Below, in pieces: positions 14,132 through 26,800 of a DNA stretch of 64,000 bases. Numbering within the stretch: position 1 is the first letter of the stretch; every line of letters starts with the position of its first letter. The notes beneath the pieces were generated by a model. It was not told the DNA's origin, made no database searches, and worked only from the letters and a program-made list of their open reading frames with translations. This stretch comes from Fonticula alba ATCC 38817 (taxonomy: Eukaryota > Protista > Nucleariida), in assembly GCA_000388065.2 (NCBI GenBank), contig KB932203.1. One strand, given 5' to 3'. The position numbers were made by a program, and so were the translations under genes.

Positions 14132-14550
14132 TCCAACCNNNNNNNNNNNNNNNNNNNNNNNNNNNNNNNNNNNNNNNNNNNNNNNNNNNNNNNNNNNNNN
14201 NNNNNNNNNNNNNNNNNNNNNNNNNNNNNNNNNNNNNNNNNNNNNNNNNNNNNNNNNNNNNNNNNNNNNNNNNNNNNNNNNNNNNNNNNNNNNNNNNNNN
14301 NNNNNNNNNNNNNNNNNNNNNNNNNNNNNNNNNNNNNNNNNNNNNNNNNNNNNNNNNNNNNNNNNNNNNNNNNNNNNNNNNNNNNNNNNNNNNNNNNNNN
14401 NNNNNNNNNNNNNNNNNNNNNNNNNNNNNNNNNNNNNNNNNNNNNNNNNNNNNNNNNNNNNNNNNNNNNNNNNNNNNNNNNNNNNNNNNNNNNNNNNNNN
14501 NNNNNNNNNNNNNNNNNNNNNNNNNNNNNNNNNNNNNNNNNNNCTGCCAG

Positions 14551-14638
14551 CCAACCATAGCTCAATTGGTAGAGCATCAGACTGTAGCGGTTGTAAGCAA
14601 TTATCTGAGGGTCGCTGGTTCGATTCCGGCTGGTTGGA
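14551..14638 (+). tRNA. tRNA-Tyr(GTA) with 15-nt intron, copy 2
   Basis: Same mature sequence; intron CGGTTGTAAGCAATT; CTTTT trailer downstream. Confidence 0.96.
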
Positions 14639-14719
14639 CACTACTCTTTTGCCCCCGGCGCCGTTTGCGGGCCCGCCTTTCTCTTTTCTCGTCACCTTGC
14701 ATGTGGACCACATCCATAT

Positions 14720-14754
<35 letters not shown>

Positions 14755-14929
14755 GCAACACAGTCACACGTAACCTCCGATTGGTGGCGGTGCGTGTGCG
14801 CGTGCGTGTGCGTGCGCGCGTCCACGACGGCTTCCGTTTCGCAGTCCCTGCCACCTGGAGATATTTCTCCTGTCTGCGCCGTAAGCTCCAGGAGTCCTTT
14901 ATGTTCTGAGAAATCAAGTGCCGGTTCAA

Positions 14930-15017
14930 CCAACCATAGCTCAATTGGTAGAGCATCAGACTGTAGCGGTTGTAAGCAATTATCTGAGGGTCGCTGGTTC
15001 GATTCCGGCTGGTTGGA
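14930..15017 (+). tRNA. tRNA-Tyr(GTA) with 15-nt intron, copy 3
   Basis: Same mature sequence; intron CGGTTGTAAGCAATT; CTTTT trailer. Confidence 0.96.
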
Positions 15018-15308
15018 TCCTTCCTTTTGATCGTTTGGCCTGACGCATCTTTTGCACGAGGAGTCATCAAGGGGGCTGGGGGGAGGGGGTGTGAGGGAGA
15101 GGACCAGGGGGAGAGAGAGAGAGAGAGAGAGGGAGAGAGACGCGTGCTCCTGGGGTGTGGTGTCGGGATAGAGCGTCTGTCCGACATGATATGTCTCTTT
15201 GATCTCCCCCGGGGTGTCCGCCCACCCATTTCTCTCTCCTTGCTAAAAAAAAGTTCCCCCCATCCCCTCCTACCTAGAGGCGCACCTGTTGTCGGCAAAA
15301 GGGTAGTG

Positions 15309-15396
15309 TCCAACCAGCCGGAATCGAACCAGCGACCCTCAGATAATTGCTTGTAACCGCTACAGTCTGATGCTCTACCAATTGAGCTATGGTTGG
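15309..15396 (-). tRNA. tRNA-Tyr(GTA) with 15-nt intron, copy 4 (inverted)
   Basis: Reverse complement of the same tRNA; intron CGGTTACAAGCAATT; trailer CACTACCCTTTTGC. Confidence 0.96.
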
Positions 15397-15837
15397 TTGG
15401 GAGGTCAGACACCCAAAACGTCTTAAATAGATTCAGGTGCTTGCCCAGCCGCTGGCGCGCCTCGCCTTTTTCCCTCAGGCACCTGCCAGCCTCCCCCGGC
15501 TTGGGGGCGGCGCGCCTGTCCACCCTGTTACTGAGAGCCTGACCCCTCTGCCACTCGGCGCCGGGCGAAATGAGACGCAGCGGCCACACTGTGGGGCGGG
15601 GGGGAATGGGCCGCACGGCTTCTCAGCATGGCCCCCGGGAAACCGTGGCAGCTGGCCAGACGTGAAAGCAGTGCCAAAGAGTGCCTGTCTTCCACCCTCC
15701 ACTGCTGCCATCCTGAAGCACATATCCGCGGCCCTTGCGGGACTCAGGCAAGGGATGGAGGAAGGTAAGAAGGTGTCTCGTGAGGTGACTTCGAAATTCC
15801 GAAGCGACTTGAGCACCAGATGCTGGCGCTCTGCCAG

Positions 15838-15925
15838 CCAACCATAGCTCAATTGGTAGAGCATCAGACTGTAGCGGTTACAAGCAATTATCTGAGGGTC
15901 GCTGGTTCGATTCCGGCTGGTTGGA
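15838..15925 (+). tRNA. tRNA-Tyr(GTA) with 15-nt intron, copy 5
   Basis: Same mature sequence; intron CGGTTACAAGCAATT; trailer CACTACCCTTTTGC. Confidence 0.96.
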
Positions 15926-16847
15926 CACTACCCTTTTGCGGCTCAGGGCGCCTGCAGTCGGTTTTCTGCCGCTCATCGTTGCCAGACGGTGAGGAGGAGG
16001 GGGGGACTGCGCGACAAACAGCCGGGGTTCCTCCGAGAACCCGGAGGGAGGAGGAGGAGGACAGGAAGCCACGAGGAGAGAGAGGGGCGACTTGGACCGC
16101 GGGGAAGGAGAGGGGGGGGGGGGGGGAAAGGCCGGTGGCGGCACACCAGAGGGACCGATGGCTGAGTCTCGAACACCCGGGGGCGGGGGGGGCCGGGTGA
16201 TGTGCCTGCATTGCGCATCCGTGGATGTGCATTTTCCCGTGTCCCTTCCTTCTCCCCTCGGGGGCCCCTCGTGGCGGGTGGGTGGGCTCCCCAGACCGCG
16301 GAGATCCTAACCGCACGAGGGAGGGACAGTCTGCAGTCGTAGACTGTATACTGTGCTCTCGCTGAGTTTTCTAGAAAAGGGACGTGATACAGGAATAACA
16401 TTCCACAGGTACTCGGAGGCACCCCCCTTTGCCCCCCCCCCCCGGAAACCACTTTCCCTCCGCTCGGTCTTTTCTTCCCAGCCCTTCCTCAGTCTCGCCC
16501 AGGGAAAGCGCCGGCGAGAAGGGACGGGGCACTTGGGCCTGGGCGAGATTTGCATGCCGGGCCTCCCCCCCCCCCCTCTCTCTCTGTCCCGGGGAACTGG
16601 CCCCTCGTCCCTGTTCCGCAGGCGCGGCCACCAGGGAGGGGGGGGCGGGGACAGGGTGGGCAGGGGACCCCAGACCCGGACACACGCGCTCACACGCGCA
16701 CACCTGCTCCCCATTGTGGGTTTATGCTCTGCGCACGCGGCCGCGCGCGCGCGCGCGCGCGCGCATGCCCCGAACAACCTCCCCGGGGCGGACTCCGGCC
16801 GGCGGCCGCGGCCCTCTCAGAGCGCCTTCTTTCTACACAAGCACACC

Positions 16848-18092
16848 ATGGACGACTGGGGTGCGTGGCCTGCCCATTCCTTGCGGCCTGGGCCGATGCC
16901 GGCACTCGGCAAAAGACCGAGGCCACCGTGACTGACCGTGCGAACCCCGGCTTCCTCTCCCCAGATAACGACGACTTCGAGGTGAAGCTCAACGATGCTG
17001 CCCCCGCCTTCGATGACCAGCGCGAGCTGGAGGAGGCCGCTGAGCAGCGTCGCCTCGAGGAGGAGCAGAAGGCCAAGCTCGAGGTACGCACCCCGGTCCC
17101 CGACCGAGGGCGGGTTTAGCCCTGGGCCCCGGCCGCCACCCCTGCTGGCGCCCCCGTCGTGGCAATGGGGCGAGCGGAGGCCATGGCCATGCGATGGGCA
17201 CATTCATTGACCGGAGCCCGCTTCTTATCCACCTCCCCTTCCCTGTTGGCCCAAATTGGATCGATGCAGGCCGAGGCCGCTGCCGCCCGCGCCGCCGCCC
17301 GTGCCGCCAAGGCCAACAAGCAGACCGCCAGTGCCCCGGCCCCTGCGGCCGAGCGTCGCGCTGCCCAGGTCCAGGAGCAGATTGACGCCGACTGGAACGC
17401 CGCGTCCGACCTGTTCGGTGGTGCGCCCTTCTTCTCTTGCTTGCCGCACCGACAGCATTTCCAGGCAGTCCCCTCTCCCTCTCTTCCCCCCCCCCCCCCC
17501 CGCGGAGGCCCTGTAGCTGATCCATGTCCCCCCCCCCTCTTCCCCCCCCCCCCCCCCCCGTGCATCTAGACATGAAGACCACCATCTCTGATCGGACCAA
17601 GGCCGGCATGGAGGAGCTCGCCTCCAACATTGATCGCCAGATCGCCCCGATCAAGGTCCGTCTTGCGACACACTGCCCGCCCTTCTTCGAGCGCATGTAC
17701 ACACCGCGGGGGGCCCCCCTCACACTGCCTGTGACATATGTGCACGCATATGCCACCCACGCACACCCGCTCACCTGCAACTGCAGAAGCTTCGCTTCAT
17801 GTATCCCGAGTTCCTTGAGCGTCTCTTCCGCAAGACCGCCTCCGAGGCCTCTGAGCACGACCTGCGCCAGCTGTCTTCCATGCTCGCGCGCATGGCCAAC
17901 CAGAAGAAGGTTGACGTCCGGGCCAAGACCGCCGCCCCGAAGGCCGCCACCGCGGCCTCCAAGCTGCCGGATGTCGCCCGCCAGGACGACCGCATCGGCT
18001 CGCAGCTGATGGACTACTACGGCGGCGAGGAGGACGCCTTCGACAGCCACGACGATGAGGACGAGGCCGGCGACGACTATGACTTCATGTAA
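16848..18092 (+). CDS. EIF3J: Eukaryotic translation initiation factor 3 subunit J (eIF3j/HCR1); ~5 exons
   Basis: Starts MDDW|D, followed by a charged helical N-half, QEQIDADWNAASDLFG, YPEFLERLFR...DLRQLSSML and the family-typical acidic C-terminus ...EAGDDYDFM*. Confidence 0.82.
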
Positions 18093-21000
18093 GTGTCTGT
18101 GCACGCCCGCCCCCTCCCCTCGGCGCGGGGCCGGTCCGCCCCAGGCCGCCCCCTTCCTCTCTCTCTCTCCCTTGTCCCTTGGAGCAGCAATTGCTCTCTT
18201 CTCTCCCTCCCCCACCCCTTTTCCTCCACCCCTTCCCTGCGTTTGGGATGCGTGTGTATGCGGAGAAGGTGCCACCCTTTTCTTGATACATTAATATACG
18301 AAATCCCCCCCTCTCTCCCCCCCCCCACGCCCCAATGAGCAAGCAGCTGGCCTCAGCTCTGCCCCCTCTCCTCCTCGAGTGGTTGGGACGTGGAAAAAGA
18401 CCGCGACTCTGGCAAAAGGAGCGGGGCCAGGGAGCAGGGCGCGAGTGGTTCTCGCGGGTGGATTCCCTTGGCGAGAGGCGGGGGGTGGGGGTGGGCAGGG
18501 CCGGGCGGAGTATCTTCCTCACAGGGGGGGGAGCTCAGGAGGAGGGGGAAGGCAGAGAAGGAGAACTGGAGCGCCGCACAGCCCGCCCGGTGGATGGACA
18601 GTATGTGCCATGGGGGATCATGTGCCACATCATCTGAGAAGGAATGCAAATCACACGCCCAGGCACTCCAAGCGAGTTAAGGGCCGCGGGCTGGGGCGAT
18701 TACGGCTACGGCCGGCGTTATGAGCATGCTTCACCGCGGCCCGGTGGTGGGTTGTTCTCCCTGCTCCGGAGGGAGGTCCGCCCTTCCCGGGGGGCCAAGC
18801 GACACGGTTGGGCCCGCGGCCTCGGGGGGGGGGGGGGGGGCGTCCGGCCAGGAAAAAAAAGAAAGAAAGAAAAAAGGCGCCACATGCCCCCGTCCCCGGG
18901 CTGAGGGAGGGTGTGGTCGCCTCCGGGTTCTGCACCATTGGCCTTCCTGAGAATGTACGGTCCTCCGCGGTGGGGGGAGGGGACACCGGCGGCGGGGCCG
19001 CGGCGTGGTGGAGTATTCCTCCGGCGTAACGTGCTCTCTCCCCGCCCCCGCCCCCGCTCCCTCTCTCCCGGCCGGCCGGCGTGGTGCAGTGGCAGGGGCT
19101 GCACCTTTCCTGGCAACCGGTGTCCCTGGTGTTTGCCTCCGCCCGGGGGCAGGAGCCAGGCATACTGGCGACAGCGCGGGGACTTTTCTTTTTGGACCGC
19201 GGGTCTCGAGCATTTTGCGCCTCCCGCCCGGGGGGGGGGGGGGAGCGGGAGAGCCGCGCCCGGATGCCCTTTGCTGTGCCGCAATTCGGTCCAAAGGGCG
19301 CGCGCACCGGGAACGCTGCGTCCCCCCCCCCCCCCCGGTGTCCACCCCGCCTCCGGGGGTCCATTGACACTAGCAGGGCGCTCATGCATGGGAGGCCTGA
19401 AAAATACAGGTCTCCAGGCTGCATGCCAACGAATCTCGCGGCGCTTGAGGGTGCGGTCTTCCAACCGTGCGCCACCTGGCTCGGGGAGGGCCGCGAGCCG
19501 AGGCGGGGGGGGGGGGGGGATATATTATTATCCCTGGCCCTTCGCCGGAAGGGGGTGTCGGTTGCCATCCGACCGGTCCCCGGGCTCCGGGCCCACTCGG
19601 CGCATGATGTGCGGCGACCCGAGGGCCCGGCGTTGGCTGGGCCGACAGGGTGGGGCGGGGCCGGGCGGATGGACGTGGGCATGAAGTCTGGCCTTCAGCT
19701 GACCGTGTCCGTCCTGCGTGTGTCCGTGCGTGCGCCCGTGCGAGAGGCGCGGGGGGCATTCGCGTGCGTTCGGCTGCGCTCGGGCGGCCGCACCTTTTCG
19801 GCGTGCGTGCCGCTCTGCCGCTATTCGGCGTGTGTGTCTGCTGGCTGTGCTCGGAGTGTGGTGTTTCATTTGGAGTTGGTATTTTCAAGCTCCCCATTGA
19901 TCTGGCATCGGGTGAGAGGGTAATTTTGAGCGACTGCTGGGGCATTGGTTAGCCCGTCCTTCGGGCTCTTCTCGGCCCGCCCGCTGGCCTCGCTCTGCTT
20001 CTCCCTGCGGCAGGCTTTGGCTGCGCGTGTGTGTGGGGGGGGGATCTTTGACGGGGCTTCGCCACGTTATGGGGGCGGGGGGGCAGTCGCTCCGGCTCCT
20101 CCGCGCCCCGTCTGGATGGTCGGGTGGTGGCGCTCCCCCCCTCTCCCCGACCCCGCGCCTACCCCAGGACAGGTGCCCCCCGCTCCGTGGAGTGGCGTGG
20201 GGGCGGGGGGAGGCGGACGGCAAACATACGCACGCACGCACGCGCGCGCCCCGCCCCCCTCCCCCCCCCCCCCCCGGTCCCCTTCCCCTCGAGGAATTGG
20301 CCCACGGGAGGTGTAGGGTGTTCAGGAAAAGCACGATGACGGTGGGGCCTACCCTCTTTGTAGTTGGGCCTGCTTTGCGGGAGAAGGGGGCATTCTTGTG
20401 GCGCAAGCACGGCCCGGTGCCACTTTTGGGGCCAAGTCCTCTGTGTGCTGGCCGAGCTCGTCCCGGGCGAGCCGAGTCGGGGTGTGGCTGTTTGCTGGTG
20501 TGTCCCTGTGCTCTCCGAGAACACCCAGGCCATGGGCACCTCTCTGCCTGGGCCTCTTTCTCCCCCTCGGCGCCCCTGGCTCCCCGGCCCCGATAGGCCT
20601 TGCTGTGTGTATGTGTGTACGTGGGGGGGGGGGGGGGGACACGTGCAAGACGGCGCGTTCAGCAGTCGAAGGCATGCTACTCATCCGTGAAGGCCTCGGC
20701 CCGGGCCCCCCCCCCCCTCCCCCGCCGCTCCTCTTGTCCCCCACTTCCCCGCGGCATGCTCCTGACGTCGTGTCGAGTGCCCGAGGGGAGATGGAGCGGG
20801 GGGGCGGGGGGGCGGGGGGCGCATCCCTTTGGAGGTACCTATCGCGACGCCGGACCCCAGCGGGTCGCCCGAAACAGGTGGATGCTAGCGCACATGAATG
20901 CTGTGAGTGGCTGCCGGACGGCGAGTGGCCGGCCTTTTTTTCAATCCAGCAGGCAGCCATACCGGCCAGTGGTAGCACGTACTCCGGCCAATGGGCGGTT

Positions 21001-21295
21001 CGTCTTCCTTTCCGCCGTCTGTCTTCCCCCCGCCCGGTCCTTTTTGAGCCGTGGCCACCCGGGCAGGAGCCTCTGTCTCTCTCTCTCTCTCTCACACACC
21101 GTGCGTGTGTGGCGGGCAGTGGGTCTTGGATGTTGGGTCCTATGGCGGTTGCCCAGCCCCCCTCCCCTCTCCTGAGGATCTCCATATTGACAACTGAGCA
21201 ACCCATTAGCAATGTCCCCTTGGCAGTCGCGCCTTTCGGGCCCGCTATCCCCCCCCACACACGCCCGCCCGAGTGGCGCCGGGCGTGTTGGCCGC

Positions 21296-21332
21296 CGGGG
21301 GGGGGGGGCGGGGGGGGGGGGGGGGGGGGGGT

Positions 21333-21376
<44 letters not shown>
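21296..21376. repeat. Long G-homopolymer tract in an ORF-poor GC-rich intergenic region
   Basis: About 80 nt, almost pure G. Confidence 0.9.
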
Positions 21377-23624
21377 CTCTCCCTCGGCCGGAGGCATGCG
21401 GCCGGGGTGCGGTTGGTGGTCTTTTTCCGTCTTTCCCTCACGGCGCAGACCCGTCCGCACGGCCGCCCCCTCCTGCCGGGTGTCTCCCGTCCGGTCTGTT
21501 TCATATCTGCCAATCGAGAGCAAAGGCACCACGGGCGTCCGGAGGAGCCCCAGCCTCGCCGCCGGGCCGGGTCGCGCGAAGCCTTTTGGTCCTTCGGCCG
21601 AGAGCCGACCCGCCGCACGTCCAGAGCCCTGGACGGGTGCCCCCCCTCACGCTCGCGCCCCCCTCGCCGTGGCGGGCGTCCTGCCAAGCGGACATGGCAC
21701 TTCCCGACTACCCTCCCTGGGGTGGACACGCCGGGCGGCCAGCTCCGGCCCGTTCGGGCCCGACCGTGCGCACCCTACCCGGGAACCGGCTTCCACGGCC
21801 GGGGCCGGGCTGAGCGGGGGTTCATTTTGGCGCCAGCGCCGCCGTCGCCGCCACAGAGAGGGGTGTGTATCGGGGCCCCGTGTGCCACCAGCCGCCCCCG
21901 CTCGGCGCACGGCCGAGAGGGCTGGGGCGCGTTTCCTGCGAAGTGCCGCCTGACAGCGACGGTTCTAGGCCCAGCCGGCGGGAGAGCGAGACGGGGGAGG
22001 GCTGTGATCTGGGCCGCGCCCTGGTCCTGCTGGGGGTCCTGCTCGGGGGTCCTGGTGTCCTGGTTCCTGGCGGTGCCGGGGGCGACTTGGGGCGGGGTGC
22101 CTCGTGCAGAGGCTCCCGCGCAAGCGCGCGCGGGCGCCCATCCTCCCGGCGGTCGGGCCGGGGAGATGGCACACCCACCCCTCGTGCGAGTCTGGGCGTC
22201 CAGGCCCCCCGCTCTCGCCCCCGCGCCGCCCTCCCGCGAGGCGCCTCGCGGGCGATTGCCTGTCTCGCGCATCCCGGGCCAGCCCCCCCCGGTTGTCCCC
22301 CCCCCCCCCCCGCGCCGTACTGGGGGACGGTCAAGGTGCCCGGGGGTGCGCGAGACACGCGGCGTGGCGCGCCCCGGCGCCCGGATAGACCCCCCTTTTC
22401 CCCTCCCTCGGTCGGCCCTCGGCGGCCTGTTTACTAGTCACCATTTTTGCCTCCCATGCCCCCCGGGCCGGGCATCCCCCCGCCCGGGCCCAGTGTGAGC
22501 CATTGAGTTTTCTGGGCATGCCGGGGGGGGGGCGGGGACGCCCGGGACCGAGTTGTCGACCGGAGGCCGGACGTTCGGGCGGGCGGGCGGACGGGCGCGT
22601 GTCGCCCCGTAGTTCCGCCCCGAGCCCCGCTCGGTGGAGGGGTGGCCGGGCTGGCGGCGGGGCGAGGGGACACATCCTCCGGGCTGGGAATTTCCCCCGC
22701 CCCTCCTTGCTGTGCCGGCTCTCGCTGGCTGGCCACCTGCCGGCGCCCCTGCCGCCGTTGCCCGACGAGCCCGGCCCCTCCGTGCCCTCCTCGGCCGGTG
22801 CCCCAGTCCCACCATCGTCCGGAGGCGGAGTTGCGCGAGCCGGGCCCGTGCGGGAGATGAAACGAGTCTGTCGGGCGAGCACTCCCCCTTTTGCAGCCTT
22901 CTCAGGCCCCCCCCCCCCCCCCCCATGGGTGCACAGCATCCGACCGCACGCCGGCCGGCGGGCGACAGAGAGAACCCCGGCACCCGCGCATGTGCCGCCC
23001 TGGGGGGGGGGGGGGGGGCGGCCTGCAAATTATGCACCCGGCACGCGGCATGCACCTCCCCAGCACACGCGCGCACACGAACACATGGCGACCGATTCAC
23101 ATTCACGCTCGCGCCCGGGCCCGCCCGCGGGAGGCCGCCGCAGGTGGCCTGCGTTGCCCGGCGGGGGACACTCGGCCTGGAGGCAGGCCCAGCATGGCGC
23201 GCGATCGGGAAACCCCCCCCCCCCCCCCCCCCCGGCACCCGCCTCCAGACCGGCCCCCCTGCACCGGGGATCTCGCGCCGGACCCGATCGCGTGTGGAGA
23301 CCGATCTTCCCTCCGCCGCCGCGCCCCCACGCCTGGCGGCGAGGCGAGGGGCGTGTCTCACTGTCGGGGCTTTTTTTGTCGCACCCGACCACTACAGGGC
23401 CCCGCGCTGTGTCAGTTGCCTCTCTGCCGTCACTCGATCCGCGATCGGACTCCCTCCCCTGCCCTTCTACCCGCGCTTTCTACTTCCGCTTTTCTCCCCT
23501 CCCCCCCCCTTTCCGCTCTCGGGTCTGCTGCCTCTGCGATAGCTTTCCCCAAGCTATTCCCTGCCCTCTGCCGCTCCATATGCAACGCAGCTCCCCCCTG
23601 CAATAGCAGATCTGCCCTGATACC

Positions 23625-23630
<6 letters not shown>

Positions 23631-23706
<76 letters not shown>

Positions 23707-23710
23707 CGCG
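23631..23710. repeat. (TG)n followed by (CG)n, in a probable 5'-UTR intron (23626-23793) of the LRR-paracaspase gene
   Basis: Alternating purine-pyrimidine tract between a GTGCGT donor at 23626 and a TAG acceptor at 23793. Confidence 0.85.
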
Positions 23711-23809
23711 CCTCAATCCTCCTTCTCTCCTACACGCCTCAGTCAGCTGACCTATTGTCCCGTCCCCCGCTGCCCTGCTCCGCGCGCTTGTAGTTCTGAG
23801 CCTTTCTTC

Positions 23810-26800
23810 ATGGGTCATGGCGACAGCCCACACGTCCCCAAGTCGCCTCCTGGCGAGGCGGGGGAGTCGACAGCGCCTGACCGGCGGAGCCCCTCGCCGG
23901 TGGCCGTCCTCTCCAACTTCCTGGGGGATCTGGTCAACTTGACGGTCCTTGACCTGAGTGGTGCGTGTGCTTGTTCTGCATCGCATGGGCACACGCACGC
24001 GCGCACGCGCGCACGCAGGCCCATCCCATCCCGCCCATCCTCTTTCCTCCCTCGCCCTGTTCCTTTCTTCCTCTTTCCTCCCGCCTCCCTTTCTTTTCTC
24101 CCTCTCCTTTTGGCCCTCCCTTCTTCGGCCCTTCTTCTCCCTCTATCTATCTATCTGTCTGTCTGTCTGTCTCTCTCTCCCCCGCTCACTCATGACCACC
24201 GCATCCTCCGGCCATCTGCTTGTCTCGCCATCTTGTTGCAGGCGATTCTCTCGATGATTCGGCTTTCCTCCTGTTGATGGCCTCCCTTGCCGCACTCGAT
24301 GGCCCGCCCCTGAAGGAGCTCTACCTCGCCGGTACGAGCACGTGCTGCCCCCTTCCCTCCTCGTTCCCCTCCCCCCTCCCNNNNNNNNNNCCCGCCCCCA
24401 CTCACCCGTGCTGCTTCCTCCTCGCCCTGTATCGCTGCCCAGATCTTGGCCTCAGTCCTCAGGGCTTTTCCAACGGCCTTCAACTTGTGTCTCGACAGTT
24501 GACCTGCCCGCCGAAATTGAGCGGCGTCCATTCCCTTTCACTTTCTTGTGCGCATGCACCTGCCACTCTCTTCGCCTTGACGTTGGACCCCCTTGCCTCC
24601 GGCTCGCGTACTCACTCGGCCGAGATGCCACCTCCACACCAGACAACTCCGTCGCCAGCATCCCCGCCTCACGGGCCCTTTGTTCCTTCATCGCCATGCT
24701 CCCGGAGCTGCAGCTTCTATTCCTCGAACGTGCGTCCACACTCTCCCTTCGCCGTCTCCTTCCGCTCTCCCCCCCGCTCCTCCTCCCCCTCCTCCTCGGA
24801 CCGATGTGGCTCCCCTACCCACTGACGCCCTGTCGTCCTCGCTTGGCACTTTTAGATATGGACCTCTTCCCGTGGGCCACGGAGTTCCTGCCTCTGGTGT
24901 TGCCCCACCTGCCTCAATTGCAGGAGCTCCGTCTCGATGGTATGCACCATGCTTCCGTTCACACACGCACACGCGCCCCCCCCCCCCTCCTCCCCCCTTT
25001 TCGTCCCCCTGAATATGTTGTCCCTTCTTGATCTTGCTGACCAGTCGATGAAATCCCCCCTCCCCCCCCCCCCGAACAAACACATCGTCATCTCCGCTCA
25101 GGCAACACCTGCACAGACATCGAGGTTGCCAGCATAGCCTACCAGCTCCATGGCAAGCCTCTCAGCCTCCTCTCTCTCCGAGGTAGTTCCCCTCCCATTT
25201 TGCCCCTTCCCTCCCCCCCTCCCCTTTCGCGTCTCCCCCTCTCTTTTCTCCTCTCTCCAGCCTCTCTAGTGCCGAGCCGACAGGGCACTTTCTTCTCTTT
25301 CCTCACTCTCCCCCCTCCTGCGCAGGCAATCCAATCTCCCTGAACCCCGATCTTGCTCCCTCCACTCCCCTGCTTGTCCAGTACCTGGACCTTTCAGGTA
25401 CGTACTGTGGCAGACTACCAGGCTATGTCCCTCCCCCCTTCCCTCCCCGCCATTTCCGCTCGCTTCCATTGACCATGCTCCACGGTTTCTGCTTCCTCGC
25501 CCGCCCTCGGCATTCAGAGTCAGGTCCTCTCTCCATTGGCCACCTATCGAGCTACTTCTTCCCAGGCACCTTGGTCCACCTGAGGCTCGTCTGTGCGTCG
25601 CCATCCGATGGTCCTGGCCCCCCGCTTGTCTTTCCCACCCTGCGCAGGATCTCACCGTTTTTTTTCTTCCCTTGGATCAGCTTCGAGCCTTGTCGAGATG
25701 CCGCCTGGACTTCGGTCGCCTGGCTTCCCTGCGCTTCGGATCCTGGAACTGTCCCATGGTGCGCTCTCTTTTCGCGTTCCCCCTCTGCTGTCTTGCGTGC
25801 GCACATATAGGCGCAGACGCAGATACACACACGCACACGCACACGCACACGCACACACACACGCACACGCACACGCACACGCACACGCACACGCACACAC
25901 ACACATACTCACCTCTGGAACTATCTCCAGTGCCTTTGCCCTCGATTACCACATCCCTCACGCATCTGCTCGGTCCAAATCTCCTTGTTCTGGATTTGTC
26001 ATGTTCGTGGCCGATCACTCGCTTATGCCCGCTTTTTCATGCCCGCTCCCTTGTGTTAGTATCCTGACACACACACACACACTTATCCAACAATCAGTCT
26101 GCAACCTGATCCCCGATGACCTGGCCCGATTGGCTCTCGAAAGTCGTCAACTCGGCAATCTGGCCTACCTGGACCTCTCCTGTGCGATCACCCTTTCGGT
26201 CAGCTTTCTTCCCACAGCGTGCCAGCGCCGCCTGATGCTGCCCCGTATCTGACCCTTCCCCCCTTGTTCTCAAACTACGTAACATGGCCGATGCAGCCAA
26301 TCCCCTGGTCACCCTCGATGCGCTGACGACCTTCTTCCAGCTGTCCTTCACTCACCTGCGCCACTTGCTGGTGTTGTTTGTTGATGGTATGGCCCCGATG
26401 CCCATCTCCTCTTCTCTCCCTCTTCCCGCCCCTCCACCGCCATCACTCACCCGAATAACCGGTTGTCCCCCCCCCCTCCTCCCCTCTTCCTCCCCAACCA
26501 GCGCTGTCCATCCCTGCGCCGGCTGTTGTACAGGCACTCCTCTCTTCAGTCCTTCCGCCCCTGCTCTGGATTTCCTTCCAATCCGAGAGCCCCCTTTGTG
26601 CATTCCCCTCAACCGATGCGGCCGAGCCCCACATCACCTCTCTCCTTCAAACTCTCATGCTCCCGGCACACTTTGGTCGGAACCTGGCCGGCCTACTGGG
26701 CTCCGCTCTGGAAAGTCCGCTGGCCGGCCTCGCCCCATGGGCCACCCGCCTCGGGGCCTTCCTGGCCGATTTGCCCAGGCAGGCATCCGCCCTGGTGGGC

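Noticed and set aside
11864-15925. tRNA-modifying TCD gene directly adjacent to the tRNA cluster
   Set aside because: TcdA/TCD cyclises t6A37 on ANN-decoding tRNAs. These tRNA-Tyr genes have G37, so a functional link is unsupported.
14044-15925. Regularly recurring ~88-nt repeats with unique spacers (CRISPR-like appearance)
   Set aside because: The repeats are tRNA-Tyr genes, the spacers are hundreds of bases long, there are no cas genes, and the DNA is eukaryotic.
19915-19935. Sm-site-like AATTTTG
   Set aside because: No U1/U2/U4/U5 conserved sequence or flanking stem-loops.
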